DNA of 64,000 nt from Hormiphora californensis (Eukaryota; Animalia; Ctenophora), in assembly GCA_020137815.1 (NCBI GenBank), contig CM035357.1, forward strand, positions 6,634,001 through 6,698,000, in the 5' to 3' direction. Numbering within the stretch: position 1 is the stretch's first letter; each line of letters starts with the position of its first letter. Positions 53,715 through 64,000 of this stretch are shown one piece after another. The translations under genes and the position numbers were made by a program. The notes beneath the pieces are model-generated. The model did no database searches. It was given only the letters and a program-made list of their open reading frames with translations, and was not told where the DNA came from.

Positions 53715-56582
53715 ATCCCTTTCTCTCATTATCCCTCTTACCTCTGGTAGGATTATGTCCCTAGACAAGATGGATTTGAGGAGAGAGAACGCTGTGGCTT
53801 GTCGGTTTCGATTATGGATATCGTCTGCGATGTACTGCAATAGTGCCTGGAAGGGAAGTGGTTAGGCTCAACCACTCCTAACCACAGCTTGTAGTTGACG
53901 CAGAATTATGCAGTACAACTACAAGCTTGAGTTAGGGGTACTGGCGGGCGAGACCGGTATATATAGTGAGTCAGGAGGAGAGTTGTAGCGGCGGGAATAC
54001 TGCTGGCGATGTTTTTCTCAGTTTAATCTTTCATTTGTTGTATTCATTTATTAGATTAGATAATTGAGACTTTGAAACAGTTTGAAGTATTTAATAATCT
54101 ATTAATAGATTGAGATACACTATATATTAAGTTATCTTGTCACCACAGTTTCTATTAATAACAATATTACGTTACTGTCACTATTATATGCTACCCCGCT
54201 TCTTCCCATGACGCAAGGTGTGCAGCTGTTATATTTACCTTCAGTTCACCCTCGGTGAAGTTAAAATCCCTGTATTCACGCAGCACTACCGTCAATACCT
54301 ACAAGTTTGTGTTGCTTATTAGAGAAAATAGAATTTAATAAATAAAAGTTTTATTGTTTGTGAATTTAAAGGTTGACAAGATACCTAATCAGAACAGTTG
54401 ATGAACGTGACTCAGGTTGTAAACAAAATGTGTCCTATATATTGAAAAATGCGACGGCTGCTTCTAAAAATATACATAATATTATTAATTAGTGAAAGTG
54501 TTATTATATTTGAATACCACGCTATAGTTTTTAATCAATTGTTTAAACCCCCATGACTTGTTTATTCCATTATCCTATTTTTATAAATCCATCTCACGAC
54601 TGCTTCTAGAACTAAATGAGGTCGCATGGGATTCTAACGCAGCAGTTCTATTAACCTATCATTATAAGTAGTCAGGGGGGGGGTAGTCAGGACATGAATC
54701 ATGATAATAATGAGGTGCTGATATAGAATGGAAAACTATTATAGAATGGGGTTCTCAATCGACGGGAGATATGAATGGTTCTCGATAGATGTTGTTTTAT
54801 TTGACACGTCATGATAATTGTATTCTAAATCTAATAATAAATTCCTGCTAACGCAACATAATATACTCAATACTGTCACGCGACCACGTTCTTGTTCGTG
54901 TAATCCATACCACTACCATTATTGTTTAAAACTACGGCCATGGCCTTAAATAAGAACTGAATCTGCTATTTCTTGCTATTCTCAATTCCTCTTGGTATCG
55001 AAGACACCTCACACTCTGTTTAGACCTAGCTCAGGTCGCCGGGCGCTGGCAAGGGGTAACTTCGTAACCAACAATTCCTCCCGTAGCTCAAACTATGTTT
55101 ATTGTATGATCGCAAAAGGCAAGCTTCCCCTCGTCCGACCCGAAGTTGGGAGATTCGTCGAAACAGCAACCTTCAGGCTGTTAAAATATTTTTTGATGCG
55201 CGGCGGCCTGTTTATTATAGTAGGGTCGGTTGTGGGAAGTTGGGTCTGGAATTTTAAATTTGACTTTCTGATATGATTAGGGACTCTATAAAAAGTCCAA
55301 AGTACCATCCCACAGGTCTCTACCACCCCCGGTTCACTAATTAGTCGTAATTATGTGATTTATGACGTTATCGCCAATTAGCACTAATAATGCCAGTTCC
55401 TGGTCACTTAGAGCTTAGATTTTGATACCAGCTGATAGAGGATCACTAGATTTTTCCGTTTGGCTGGCGGTTGGCTGGCACCACGTGGGATTAGGGGTTT
55501 AGGTCGTCGTGGGAGTTCGACATTGGTCGCGTTCGATCGGGCTCGATGAGGTGATCAAAAGCTAGTGGGCCAGACCTTGGCCCCACCCCGTTCTTGGCTT
55601 ATTGGGCTTTTTCGGTTTCCCGCCAAAATATTTTCCCGCCATATATGCTTTATTTTTTGCCCCTGCACTGCCACTGCACATTTTTTTAATTGCTTATAAT
55701 TAATTTGATAATCAATTTTGAATATTCCCACTTTTTGTAGACCTTTCTATATGCTTGAACTACATTACTGCAAAATTGTAGGCCGTTATTTATAGCAGAA
55801 CGGAAAATATTTTCAAATGCTCAGGGGCAATGCTCAAGGGCACCAGAAAAATGTCCATTTTTTAATTGCTTATAATTAATTGGATAATTAATTTTGAATA
55901 TTCCCACCTTTTGTAGACCTTTCTATATGCTTGAAGAGCATTCCTACAAAGTTTCAAGTCGATATTTCAAGCAGATCGGGAGATAATTGCGGCTCAGGTG
56001 CCCCTGGGCCACTTTTGTTAGTGCGAGGGCAATTTTAAAATTTTAATTGCTTATAATTAATTAATTAAGTAAAAAATCAAAAATCAGGCTCCGTGGTGAC
56101 TCTTAGTTATACCACTAGAACATGCCTACAAAGTTTTAGATCGATATGTCAAACAGTGTGGCCACAGTTTGAATTTTAAAATTGCCCAGGGGCAGTTTTT
56201 TCAAATGCTCGGGGGCAAAATTCAGGGGCACCAGAAATGTCCATTTTTGCATGCCTATAACTCATTGATTACTTAATTTTGACTATTCTAACTTTTTGTA
56301 GATCATTTTTTATGCTTGAAGAGCATTCCTACAAAGTTTCAAGTCGATATTTCAAGCAGATCGGGAGATAATTTCGGCTCAGGGGCAATGCCCAGGGGAC
56401 AGAACACCCCATGCTCAGGGGCACGGTGCAGGGGCTACTTTTTAATTACCTATAATTAATTAATTAGGCAAAAAAATCAAAAATCCGGCCACGTTATGAC
56501 ACGTAGTTATACTACTAGAACACGCCTACAAAATTTCAGGTCGATATCTCAAAAAATGTGGCCACAATCGCTGCCTGAAATT

Positions 56583-56621
<39 letters not shown>

Positions 56622-59600
56622 GACCTACGTTTGTATATATAGGGCCGGCTTTTTGGATTTGGTGCAGGGGCAAAAATTTTTTTTTCTTCGTTTTTTCTGT
56701 TTTCTTCGGGTCGGAGGTGCCTGCCGGCACCTAAATAGGGCCGGCTTTTTGGATTTTGTGCAGGGGCAAAAATTTTTTTTTCTTCGTTTTTTCTGTTTTC
56801 TTCGGGTCGGAGGTGCCTGCCGGCACCTAAATATGCGTTATTTTTTTTTGCCCCTGCACTGCCACTGCACATTTTTTTAATTGCTTATAATTAATTGGAT
56901 AGTTAATTTTGAATATTCCCACTTTTTGTAGACCTTTCTATATGCTTGAAGAGCATTCCTACAAAGTTTCAAGTCGATATTTATAGCAGAACGGAAAATA
57001 TTTTCAAATGCTCAGGGGCAATGCTCAGGGGCACCATAAAAATGTCCATTTTTTAATTGCTTATAACTCATTGATTACTTAATTTTGAATATTCCCACCT
57101 TTTGAAGACCTTTCTATATGCTTGAAGAGCATTCATACAAAGTTTCAAGTCGATATTTCAAGCAGATGGGGAGATAATTGCAGCTCAGGTGCCCCTGGGC
57201 AACTTTTGTTAGTGCGGGGGCAATTTTAAAATTTTAATTGCTTATAATTAATTAATTAAGTAAAAAATCAAAAATCAGGCTCCGTGGTGACTCTTAGTTA
57301 TACCACTAGAACATGCCTACAAAGTTTTAGATCGATATGTGAAACAGTGTGGCCACAGTTTGAATTTTTAAAATGCCCAGGGGCAGTTTTTTCAAATGCC
57401 CGGGGGCAAAATTCAGGGGCACCAAAAATGTCCATTTTTGCATGCCTATAACTCATTGATTACTTAATTTTGACTATTCTAACTTTTTGTAGATCATTTT
57501 TTATGCTTGAAGAGCATTCCTACAAAGTTTCAAGTCGATATTTCAAGCAGATCGGGAGATAATTTCGGCGCAGGGGCAATGCCCAGGGGACAGAACACCC
57601 CATGCCCAGGGGCACGGTGCAGGGGCTACTTTTTAATTACCTATAATTAATTAATTAGGCAAAAAATCAAAAATCCGGCCACGTTATGACACGTAGTTAT
57701 ACTACTAGAACACGCCTACAAAATTTCAGGTCGATATCTCAAAAAGACCTACGTTTGTATATAAAGGGCCGGCTTTTTTGGATTTTGTGCAGGGGCAAAA
57801 TTTTTTTTTCTTCGTTTTTTCTGTTTTCTTCGGGTCGGAGGTGCCTGCCGGCACCTAAATGCGGAGTATATACATCAGTCAATAACCCAATTCCTCCCAC
57901 TATATAGCTATGTTTGTGATTGGTTGCACTATGCAGAGCATCTCAGTCCTCATCATGATACTACTAGTTGGAATTGGCCTACCCCTCAACCTGATTCTCA
58001 TATCCGCTGTACTCCTTAAACGCAGGGCCTCCGAGCCCCAGTTCTTCTTATACTGTCTACTGTCCCTGTGGAATCTGGCGGAAATAGCCGTTGTCATGGT
58101 GAGTGTCTGACGTCACTCACATTTAAAAAAGTATCTTCAGCTCCCTGCAGTCCCACTCTACACAGTTGTTCATATTAACACCATCCCTCCCCCACTCCGC
58201 AGTGTACTAACACCATCCCTCCCCTCTCAGATACCCCTAATAGGGACATTCATCTCCCAGAGATGGCCCTACGGAGCAGTGTTCTGTACTATTAAATCTA
58301 TCACTTTTGGAGCGTGCTTCTACGCGACCTTTGTACTGATGGTCCTCATAGTTTATGACAGGTCAGTTAAATTCAATTTATTTTTGCTTTTTAATAAAAT
58401 TTTATTTTTTCAATTTAAATCATGTTATCACTAATAAAATTTGGCGCTTGTTATGATTCTTCATTCCCTCCATTTAGCTATACTACTTCCTCACCCTTAT
58501 TAAGAGAAATCATATGTCGTCTTCCTCTTCGATAGAACTCTATAACGTGTCTCAATCATCTAACTAATCCTGGTTTATTTCTCGTCGCCAGGGTTCCTCG
58601 CCTTTTAAAATAAATAACCAGAAATGCAAATAACCCAGACATTAATTTTTTTTCTCGAGGTGATCTCCATCCCCACACAAAGCTCACTCCATATCCCCCA
58701 CAGGTATCTCTACATAAAGGAACCGTTGAGATACAGCGAGAGAGATGCGGTGTTAACCCTCAAAAAGATAGTCGCCTCCTCCCTGGGCCTGGGGACTCTT
58801 TATTGTGTCCTCTCCATGTCTCTATTGGCTGGGAATAATGATGAGGCCGAACTAATAGCTCAGGTAAGAGGATATTTTAGTAGTTGCCTTGGGACAGTCG
58901 TGTTCGCATCCCCCTCCCCTCTCTCCCAAGTTACTTTAGTTAACAAACAAAGTAACTAAAACCTCTCCACCTCCTTACTAACACCCCCCCCCCCCGCTCT
59001 CCCCCCTCTCCCAAGTAACTAACACCCATCTTCCCCTCGCTCTCCCAAGTAACTAACACCTTCCTCCCCCCTCTCCCAAGTTTCTAACACCCTTCTCCCT
59101 CTCATCAGGTGTGTAGCCCAGAGTTCTCGGGTCGGATCGCACAAGTCTCCCACGGTGCTGGACTCTGTCTTTTTGTCTTAGTTCCCACACTAGTTGAGAC
59201 CTACATAGCAGTTAAAACTTTCCAGGTAAGATGATCCAAAAATAAAATGGTCCAAAACAAAGCTGATCCTAAACAAATATGGTTTTAAAAGTAAGGTGGT
59301 CCTAAAATAAACTGGTCCAAAAACAAACTTTCCAGGTAAGATGATCCAAATAATAATAATAATAATAATATCAGCATTTGTATATAAAATGGTCCAAAAA
59401 TAAAGATGATCCTAAACAAAGATGGTTTTAAAATTAAGGTGGTCCTAAAATAAACTGGTCCAAAAACAAAGATGGTCCTAAACAAAGATGGTTTTAAAAT
59501 TAAGGTGGTCCAAAAATAAACTATTGTATGACCTTTGCATAGATTTAACTAACACTCTTCTTATTGCAGGTGGTTTTAAAGCACATGCTAAACGAAGTGG

Positions 59601-62600
59601 CCACGATTCAACGTAGACAAGACCCTGAAACAAATGGCCCAACTTCGGAACCAGCGACTCACAAAGGCAGCAGCTATCATCTTCATCATCACTATCTCAG
59701 ATACAATAGCCCTCCTTCCTACTCCCTCTACACCTCCCTAAAACTCTTGGTACCCAACCACATCCCCAATGTCTCCGAGGACCTCTATAACGCATTCACT
59801 GTCCTGATGTTCATGAATGTAGTACTTCACCCTCTTGTTTGTATGACAGTGAATACTAAACTGAGGAACCTTATTATGTCAATTGGTAAATCTGGAAGTG
59901 TCATTTTCCCAGAGTTTTCTATTCACGGACTTAGATCTTTATCATTGAACAGTAATTACAGTACAAACAATATTGTCTCACCCTTGTAATTAATTTTGTT
60001 GTTTTGATATAACTTTGCTTTTTGCAAAAATTGAATAACCTTGTTTTCCTTGGTTACAGTCACTTTGCGATGATCGTGATGCCCAATAGAATATTCTGTC
60101 AACTGTTTAATTTTACCACAGAATTAATCCTTTAAGGGAGACTGGGGAGACTGCAGGGAGTGGAGACTGGAGGGAGCGGAGAGTGGAGACTGGGGGGTTG
60201 CAATTGGTGGTGTAGTTAGTAGATTGCAGGAGGGGGTATGTAGTTGAAGGGATGGTTTTCTCTCTGGTTTGATGAGACAGGTATTGATTGATTGACAAGT
60301 TATATTTAGCGGGCGTTGTGCCACTAGACATATGTTAATCTCTCTGTATGTGATGTTATTCTCCTCTGTCTATTCATGAGACAATATCATAATGAATGTC
60401 AAGTTCAGCTTCACTGCAGCATTCTATAGAACGATAGAGATATCTGAAGTTGTTGAATAATAACATCTTACTATACAAAGTCTGACTTGAGCATTCTAAG
60501 AAACACACTCACGTCTATAATAAAAGATATAGATCTGAGAGTTGGTAACATGGAACTGTATGGTGAAGATGTACTGTGTAGCACGAAGAAGAATCGATTT
60601 ATCTCTTTATGGTAGTTGAAAGGAATTGTCTACCCCATCTCTTCCCAAGCCATTATCTACCCCAATTCGTATTATCCAAGAGATAATTTTGCCATAAAAT
60701 GGGTATTTGTGACGATAATAGACATAATATTTCGTGGAATAGATTCAGAGAAATCTTAAATTGTTGAAGGACGACCTAAAGAGAAGAAAGTATGCAGGTA
60801 TGTAGGGAGATATATCGACTAATCAACCAGGTTTAACCACTTTGAACTAGCCCACCGGGGAAGGGCCGGATGAAATACTTAACCAGCTTGACCAGCTCGA
60901 TTTACGCAGTTGCGAGATGCTAGAGAATCTCTTTGATATAATGGAGTCCAGACAGAGAGGTCCTCTATAAAATTTATCATTCTTTAACTACATGCCACCG
61001 TTTCAGACACACTCTCCGCCGTGAGCTGGTGCAATTTGTCTTCCCTTTATCGCACATTTAAAATGAAATTAAGCTGCTGAACTCACAGGAGCAGTTCACC
61101 AGACAGAACTCAAATTAGGGAAATATATAATTTATTGTCAATTTGTCACTAATTACCACTTAGTGACTAGGTCAAGAACATGCCTTATTAATATTTCCTC
61201 TGACTCTCCCCTAATCCGTATGAAGTACAGGTGAGGACAGAGTGAATAGTGAATATAGTGATCATGTTGGCGGCAGAGTGAATAGTGAACATATTGGAGG
61301 GGGATCATATGATGCAGTTCCAAGTTGAATTATTAATTATTTTAGTTTGAACAGTGTATATAATACCTTGAAAGAGGAGAAGATTAGTTCCAACATGAGA
61401 CCAGAGTTGGTCGAATAAGTGTGGTGTCGGAGGGTGTCCAGACAGAATGCAGTCAGCTCCTGGACACCTGTACACAGACCAGGGAGGAGAATAGACTGTT
61501 CGTAGAGCTGTGCAAAGCAGCGCAGCGAGAGAACTTGTGTCTGGGGAAAGGGTTAGGTAATGTAAAGGGTTAGGTAATCTTGACGAATTGTAGTGCAGCG
61601 TTTTATAAAAACGTTTCGGGAGAAAAGCAGAGTGTCAAATATAGTTTTATCCCCCCTCTCTCTCCCTCTCTATCCATATCTCACTCCAGCTCCCTCTCTC
61701 CCTCTCTTTCTGTCTCACCTTAACAGCGGGTGATTTAAGACAGCTTGTTAGCAGTGGTATAAAGGGCTCTAGAAGGCCACCTTGCTCCTTTGAAGTTACC
61801 ATTTCTCGTTTAAAAAGTGTTGAGAGAATCTGCGGAGGAGGGAAAATGTGAGAAGTGAAATTGGAAACGGCAAGGTGGAATCATGAAATATATGATTTGT
61901 CTAGAGGCAAATTTCTAAATCTTCCGATCGGAGAATATAAAATCTGTCACAGGTAATCCGGTAATCTCAGAACTAATTGTACTAATGAAGTTATTGACAA
62001 AGTACAAAATGAAATGTGAACTAGGGTATTACATTCGCCATTCGAATTAAACTCAACTGTGGTGGCAATGCCACAGCCCCATAAGTCACCGTGTTTTCTG
62101 GAATAATATGTCAATCTCCTGAGACACCCCTCCCTTCCCCACTCACTATTGAGGAAGAAATCACTCTAAAAATCTCTCAGTACCTGAAATGTCTCAGTAC
62201 CTGAAATGTCTCAGTACCTGAAGTGCTAGTTCCTGTAGAAGGTGAGAGTTGGACCTAACGGAGATCTTGGGTTTGACCCCTCCCCGCTTAGGAGCAGTTG
62301 GTATTGCATATATGTCAGGGCGTTTATACCGTTCAGCTATTTCTCTAAAGGGGGGCATAGGGGGCATATATAATATATTTATTGTAAAGTATAATTTTAG
62401 AAACATTTATAGATGTAATTATTCTTTGAATCTCTTCCTCAAAGTCTCATTTAAAGTCTAGTACAAATTTGAAATCTAAATCTACTATTATATGACAATA
62501 TTATTCACATACAGATAGTTTTCTAATTTGAATCTTGAATCTTCTATTGGAATCGTTCTATTTGGTAGCTAATCCTAGTTAAACTACCAAACAGAATGTT

Positions 62601-63476
62601 CGATTCCCCTCCCTTGCCATCGAACGAGAGGGGTTATTTCGTTATAACCAACGATTCCAATACTTCCTACCTCTTCTCCTGTTTCTCTTCATCCTCTCCA
62701 TCTCCCCCTTTCTTCTGATCTTCCTCTGCGGAGACAAGTATCTCCCGGGCAAATACCAGAGCTACTGTTGGGGTTACGAGAACGTTCTGGAGAAGTCCCG
62801 TAACAAAGGATTTCAGGACCTCTTCCAGTCTCAACTTCACTTTGCTTCTTGTACATTCTCTAACCATCTGATGGGAAGAGGCTGGATGTGGAGAGAGAGA
62901 TAATGGGGGAGGGCAAATGGGGGAGAGAAATAAATGGGGGAATACAGGGAGAGATACATAAAAGGGGGAGGGGTGAGGACATTGGGCGAGATGAGAGAGA
63001 GATCGAGAGTGGCAGGATGTGAAGGATGATGATGAGGGAGGGTGGCGCCGGGGGAGCTGCAATGAAGATGTCAAATATCAGTTTATTCATCAGCTATACT
63101 GCTTTGTGGTAAGAGAGAAGAAAGAAAGGAACACATGTTGGGTATAAAGAAGCTAATATGACAAATTTCTTGCCGACACCACATATTGACTTCTGACTTA
63201 TGGCGGCCGGAGAGGTCGAGTAGTAGAAACACCACATATGCCAATATAATTACCACCGAGTAAAATCATGAATGTTATTTAAACAACAAATTAATAGAAC
63301 TGTACCGTTTTGATAGGCTCCACGATGAGTGGTAACTGGGATACAGCAGCCACACTAACACATCTCTCAACACACTGTGCACCATAACACTTCTTAGCCT
63401 CTGGTATCATACTCTTCTTGTTCTCTCCTCTCTCCCGGTCCGCTGCAGTCCGCCCCACTAACCCATCAACCACAAT
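44368..63476 (-). CDS. UTP20: UTP20 (SSU processome HEAT-repeat protein), C-terminal-half exons; gene continues beyond the window
   Basis: Collinear exons: SMIPEAKK (63.4k); LEEVLKSFVTGLLQN (62.8k); IPTAPKRGG...NSHLLQELAL (62.25k); LLEPFIPLLTSCL (61.75k); SSFK|VLTVVLREY (61367/54298); ADDIHNRNRQATAFSLLKSILSR (53.8k); ARTQARQ (53.3k); YGFKDGRLSALE...SDDNVECRKAA (47.5k); LVYPHQWIRQAACQLVG (44.45k). Confidence 0.9.
44525..44634. mobile_element. ~110-bp hairpin MITE
   Basis: tagtaggagacactagcgtggtac...gtaccacgctagtgtctcccacta, with a flanking duplication of tgg (or tatggta, depending on boundary). Confidence 0.75.
48239..50186. mobile_element. Composite Helentron/HINE-like element inserted in a (TA)n tract: ~470-bp unit x3 plus ~140-bp terminal unit x4
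   Basis: Units start at about 48239, 48712 and 49180, each with ccgacccga and taattacatgtaatta subrepeats. Terminal units end tcgggtcgg-ggggccttgccaggcccc-gaat. (TA)n flanks both sides. Confidence 0.7.
50330..52400. other. Low-quality homopolymer-inflated sequence (also ~35060-35400)
   Basis: Long G/C/A/T runs begin right after GA microsatellites, typical of degraded read ends. Confidence 0.85.
52664..52933. mobile_element. Inverted-repeat (MITE-like) element
   Basis: aaagtcggatttttgaagttgtcaccccc ... ggggtgacaacttcaaaaatctgacttt; no clear TSD. Confidence 0.6.
54992..55071. mobile_element. 80-bp MITE with 9-bp TSD (Mutator-like target size)
   Basis: caattcctc|ttggtatcgaagacacct...aggggtaacttcgtaaccaa|caattcctc. 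Confidence 0.8.
55105..57860. mobile_element. Second Helentron/HINE-like composite with ~1.19-kb tandem duplication and ~180-bp subrepeats; left boundary approximate
   Basis: cccctgcactgccactgcac at 55660 and 56851; ccgacccga at about 55136; terminal tcgggtcgg-aggtgcctgccggcacct-aaat at about 56706, 56802 and 57830. Confidence 0.65.
57910..59989 (+). CDS. Orphan rhodopsin-like (class A) GPCR, 5 exons, nested antisense in a UTP20 intron; two compensating indels hide TM6
   Basis: Exons 57910-58098, 58231-58361, 58704-58863, 59109-59225 and 59570-59989. Motifs: GLPLN (TM1), WPYG..FC (ECL1/TM3), YDRY..I.EPLRY, ECL2 Cys, VP (TM5), NVVLHPLVC (TM7) and helix-8 NTKLR. Confidence 0.85.
59215..59520. 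repeat. ~21-bp degenerate tandem repeat in GPCR intron 4, including a duplicated donor (aaactttccaggtaagatgatccaaa)
   Basis: Visible repeats of aaa(t/c)aaagatggtcc(a/t)aaa; donor copy at about 59326-59350. Confidence 0.8.
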
Positions 63477-64000
63477 CTGCAAGTGGAGAGGTTTAGGATC
63501 TCAGTTGCTAAGGAGGTTTAATGAGTTCTTGGGAAGGGTTTAATGAAAGATGTCATATCTCGCCCTGGTTTTAAAGTTTTTGAGTCGGTGATATAACATC
63601 GCCATTAAATGTTGTGGGGAAGCTACATATATGGGCAATGGGCATGCAACTAATCAGTATACTACGTGTAGTCTAGTAAAACAATTAAGTTGATAAAACC
63701 TCCTCGTCACATCATTTTGAAATAATAAAACCACCATCCAATAGTTTGATTTGGAAATCAATTGATTTGTAGACGATCCTAAAAGCTTAGTACGTGATGA
63801 CAGGTGGTTTATATAAATTGTACGGGGGGAGGGGGACTCATGACTCCTCCCTGCATCATATAACCTGTCATTTCTGTCTGGCGTTAGGTGTCAGGGGCAT
63901 TGGGCATAATAAATAAATGCCGTGGGTTTAAATTAATTAGGTAACTTTGGCTACAGAGCTCACGACTCATTGAATTTGTAACGCGGGTTTGGGAACCGAA

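Noticed and set aside
57910-59989. Opsin identity for the nested GPCR
   Set aside because: The position equivalent to the retinal-binding Lys (7.43) is Phe.

Overview
This is eukaryotic (animal) genomic DNA, not prokaryotic. It has GT-AG spliced genes, abundant (GA)n/(CT)n microsatellites, one 100-N scaffold gap and several noisy read-end segments. A lineage-restricted secreted domain (FDLESTPLQIKT...), compact introns and the repeat style suggest a ctenophore such as Pleurobrachia; this is inference. Minus-strand genes: a complete 6-exon Ras, then intronless HPS1, DPH7 and FDX2 packed head-to-tail, then TMEM64, intronless TCF25, and part of UTP20 in the right third of the window. Plus-strand genes: URB2, a DEP-domain-only DEPDC1/4-like gene, SRPRB, and an Ig-Ig-ShK-ShK-TM receptor-like gene. 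Two genes are nested antisense in large introns: a secreted single-domain protein in URB2 and an orphan class A GPCR in UTP20. Mobile DNA includes a 5'-truncated LINE with a 12-bp TSD, several palindromic or foldback DNA elements, a tiny 9-bp-TSD MITE family, two Helentron-like composites and a 5S-rRNA-derived fragment. The most notable signals are three. (1) Operon-like gene packing, with unpaired splice acceptors a few nt before many start codons, suggesting SL trans-splicing and polycistrons. (2) A 155-bp satellite whose hairpin loop occurs in both orientations among its 19 units. (3) Repeated tandem duplication of splice-site sequences. Several apparent frameshifts (DPH7, URB2, GPCR) look like homopolymer sequencing errors.
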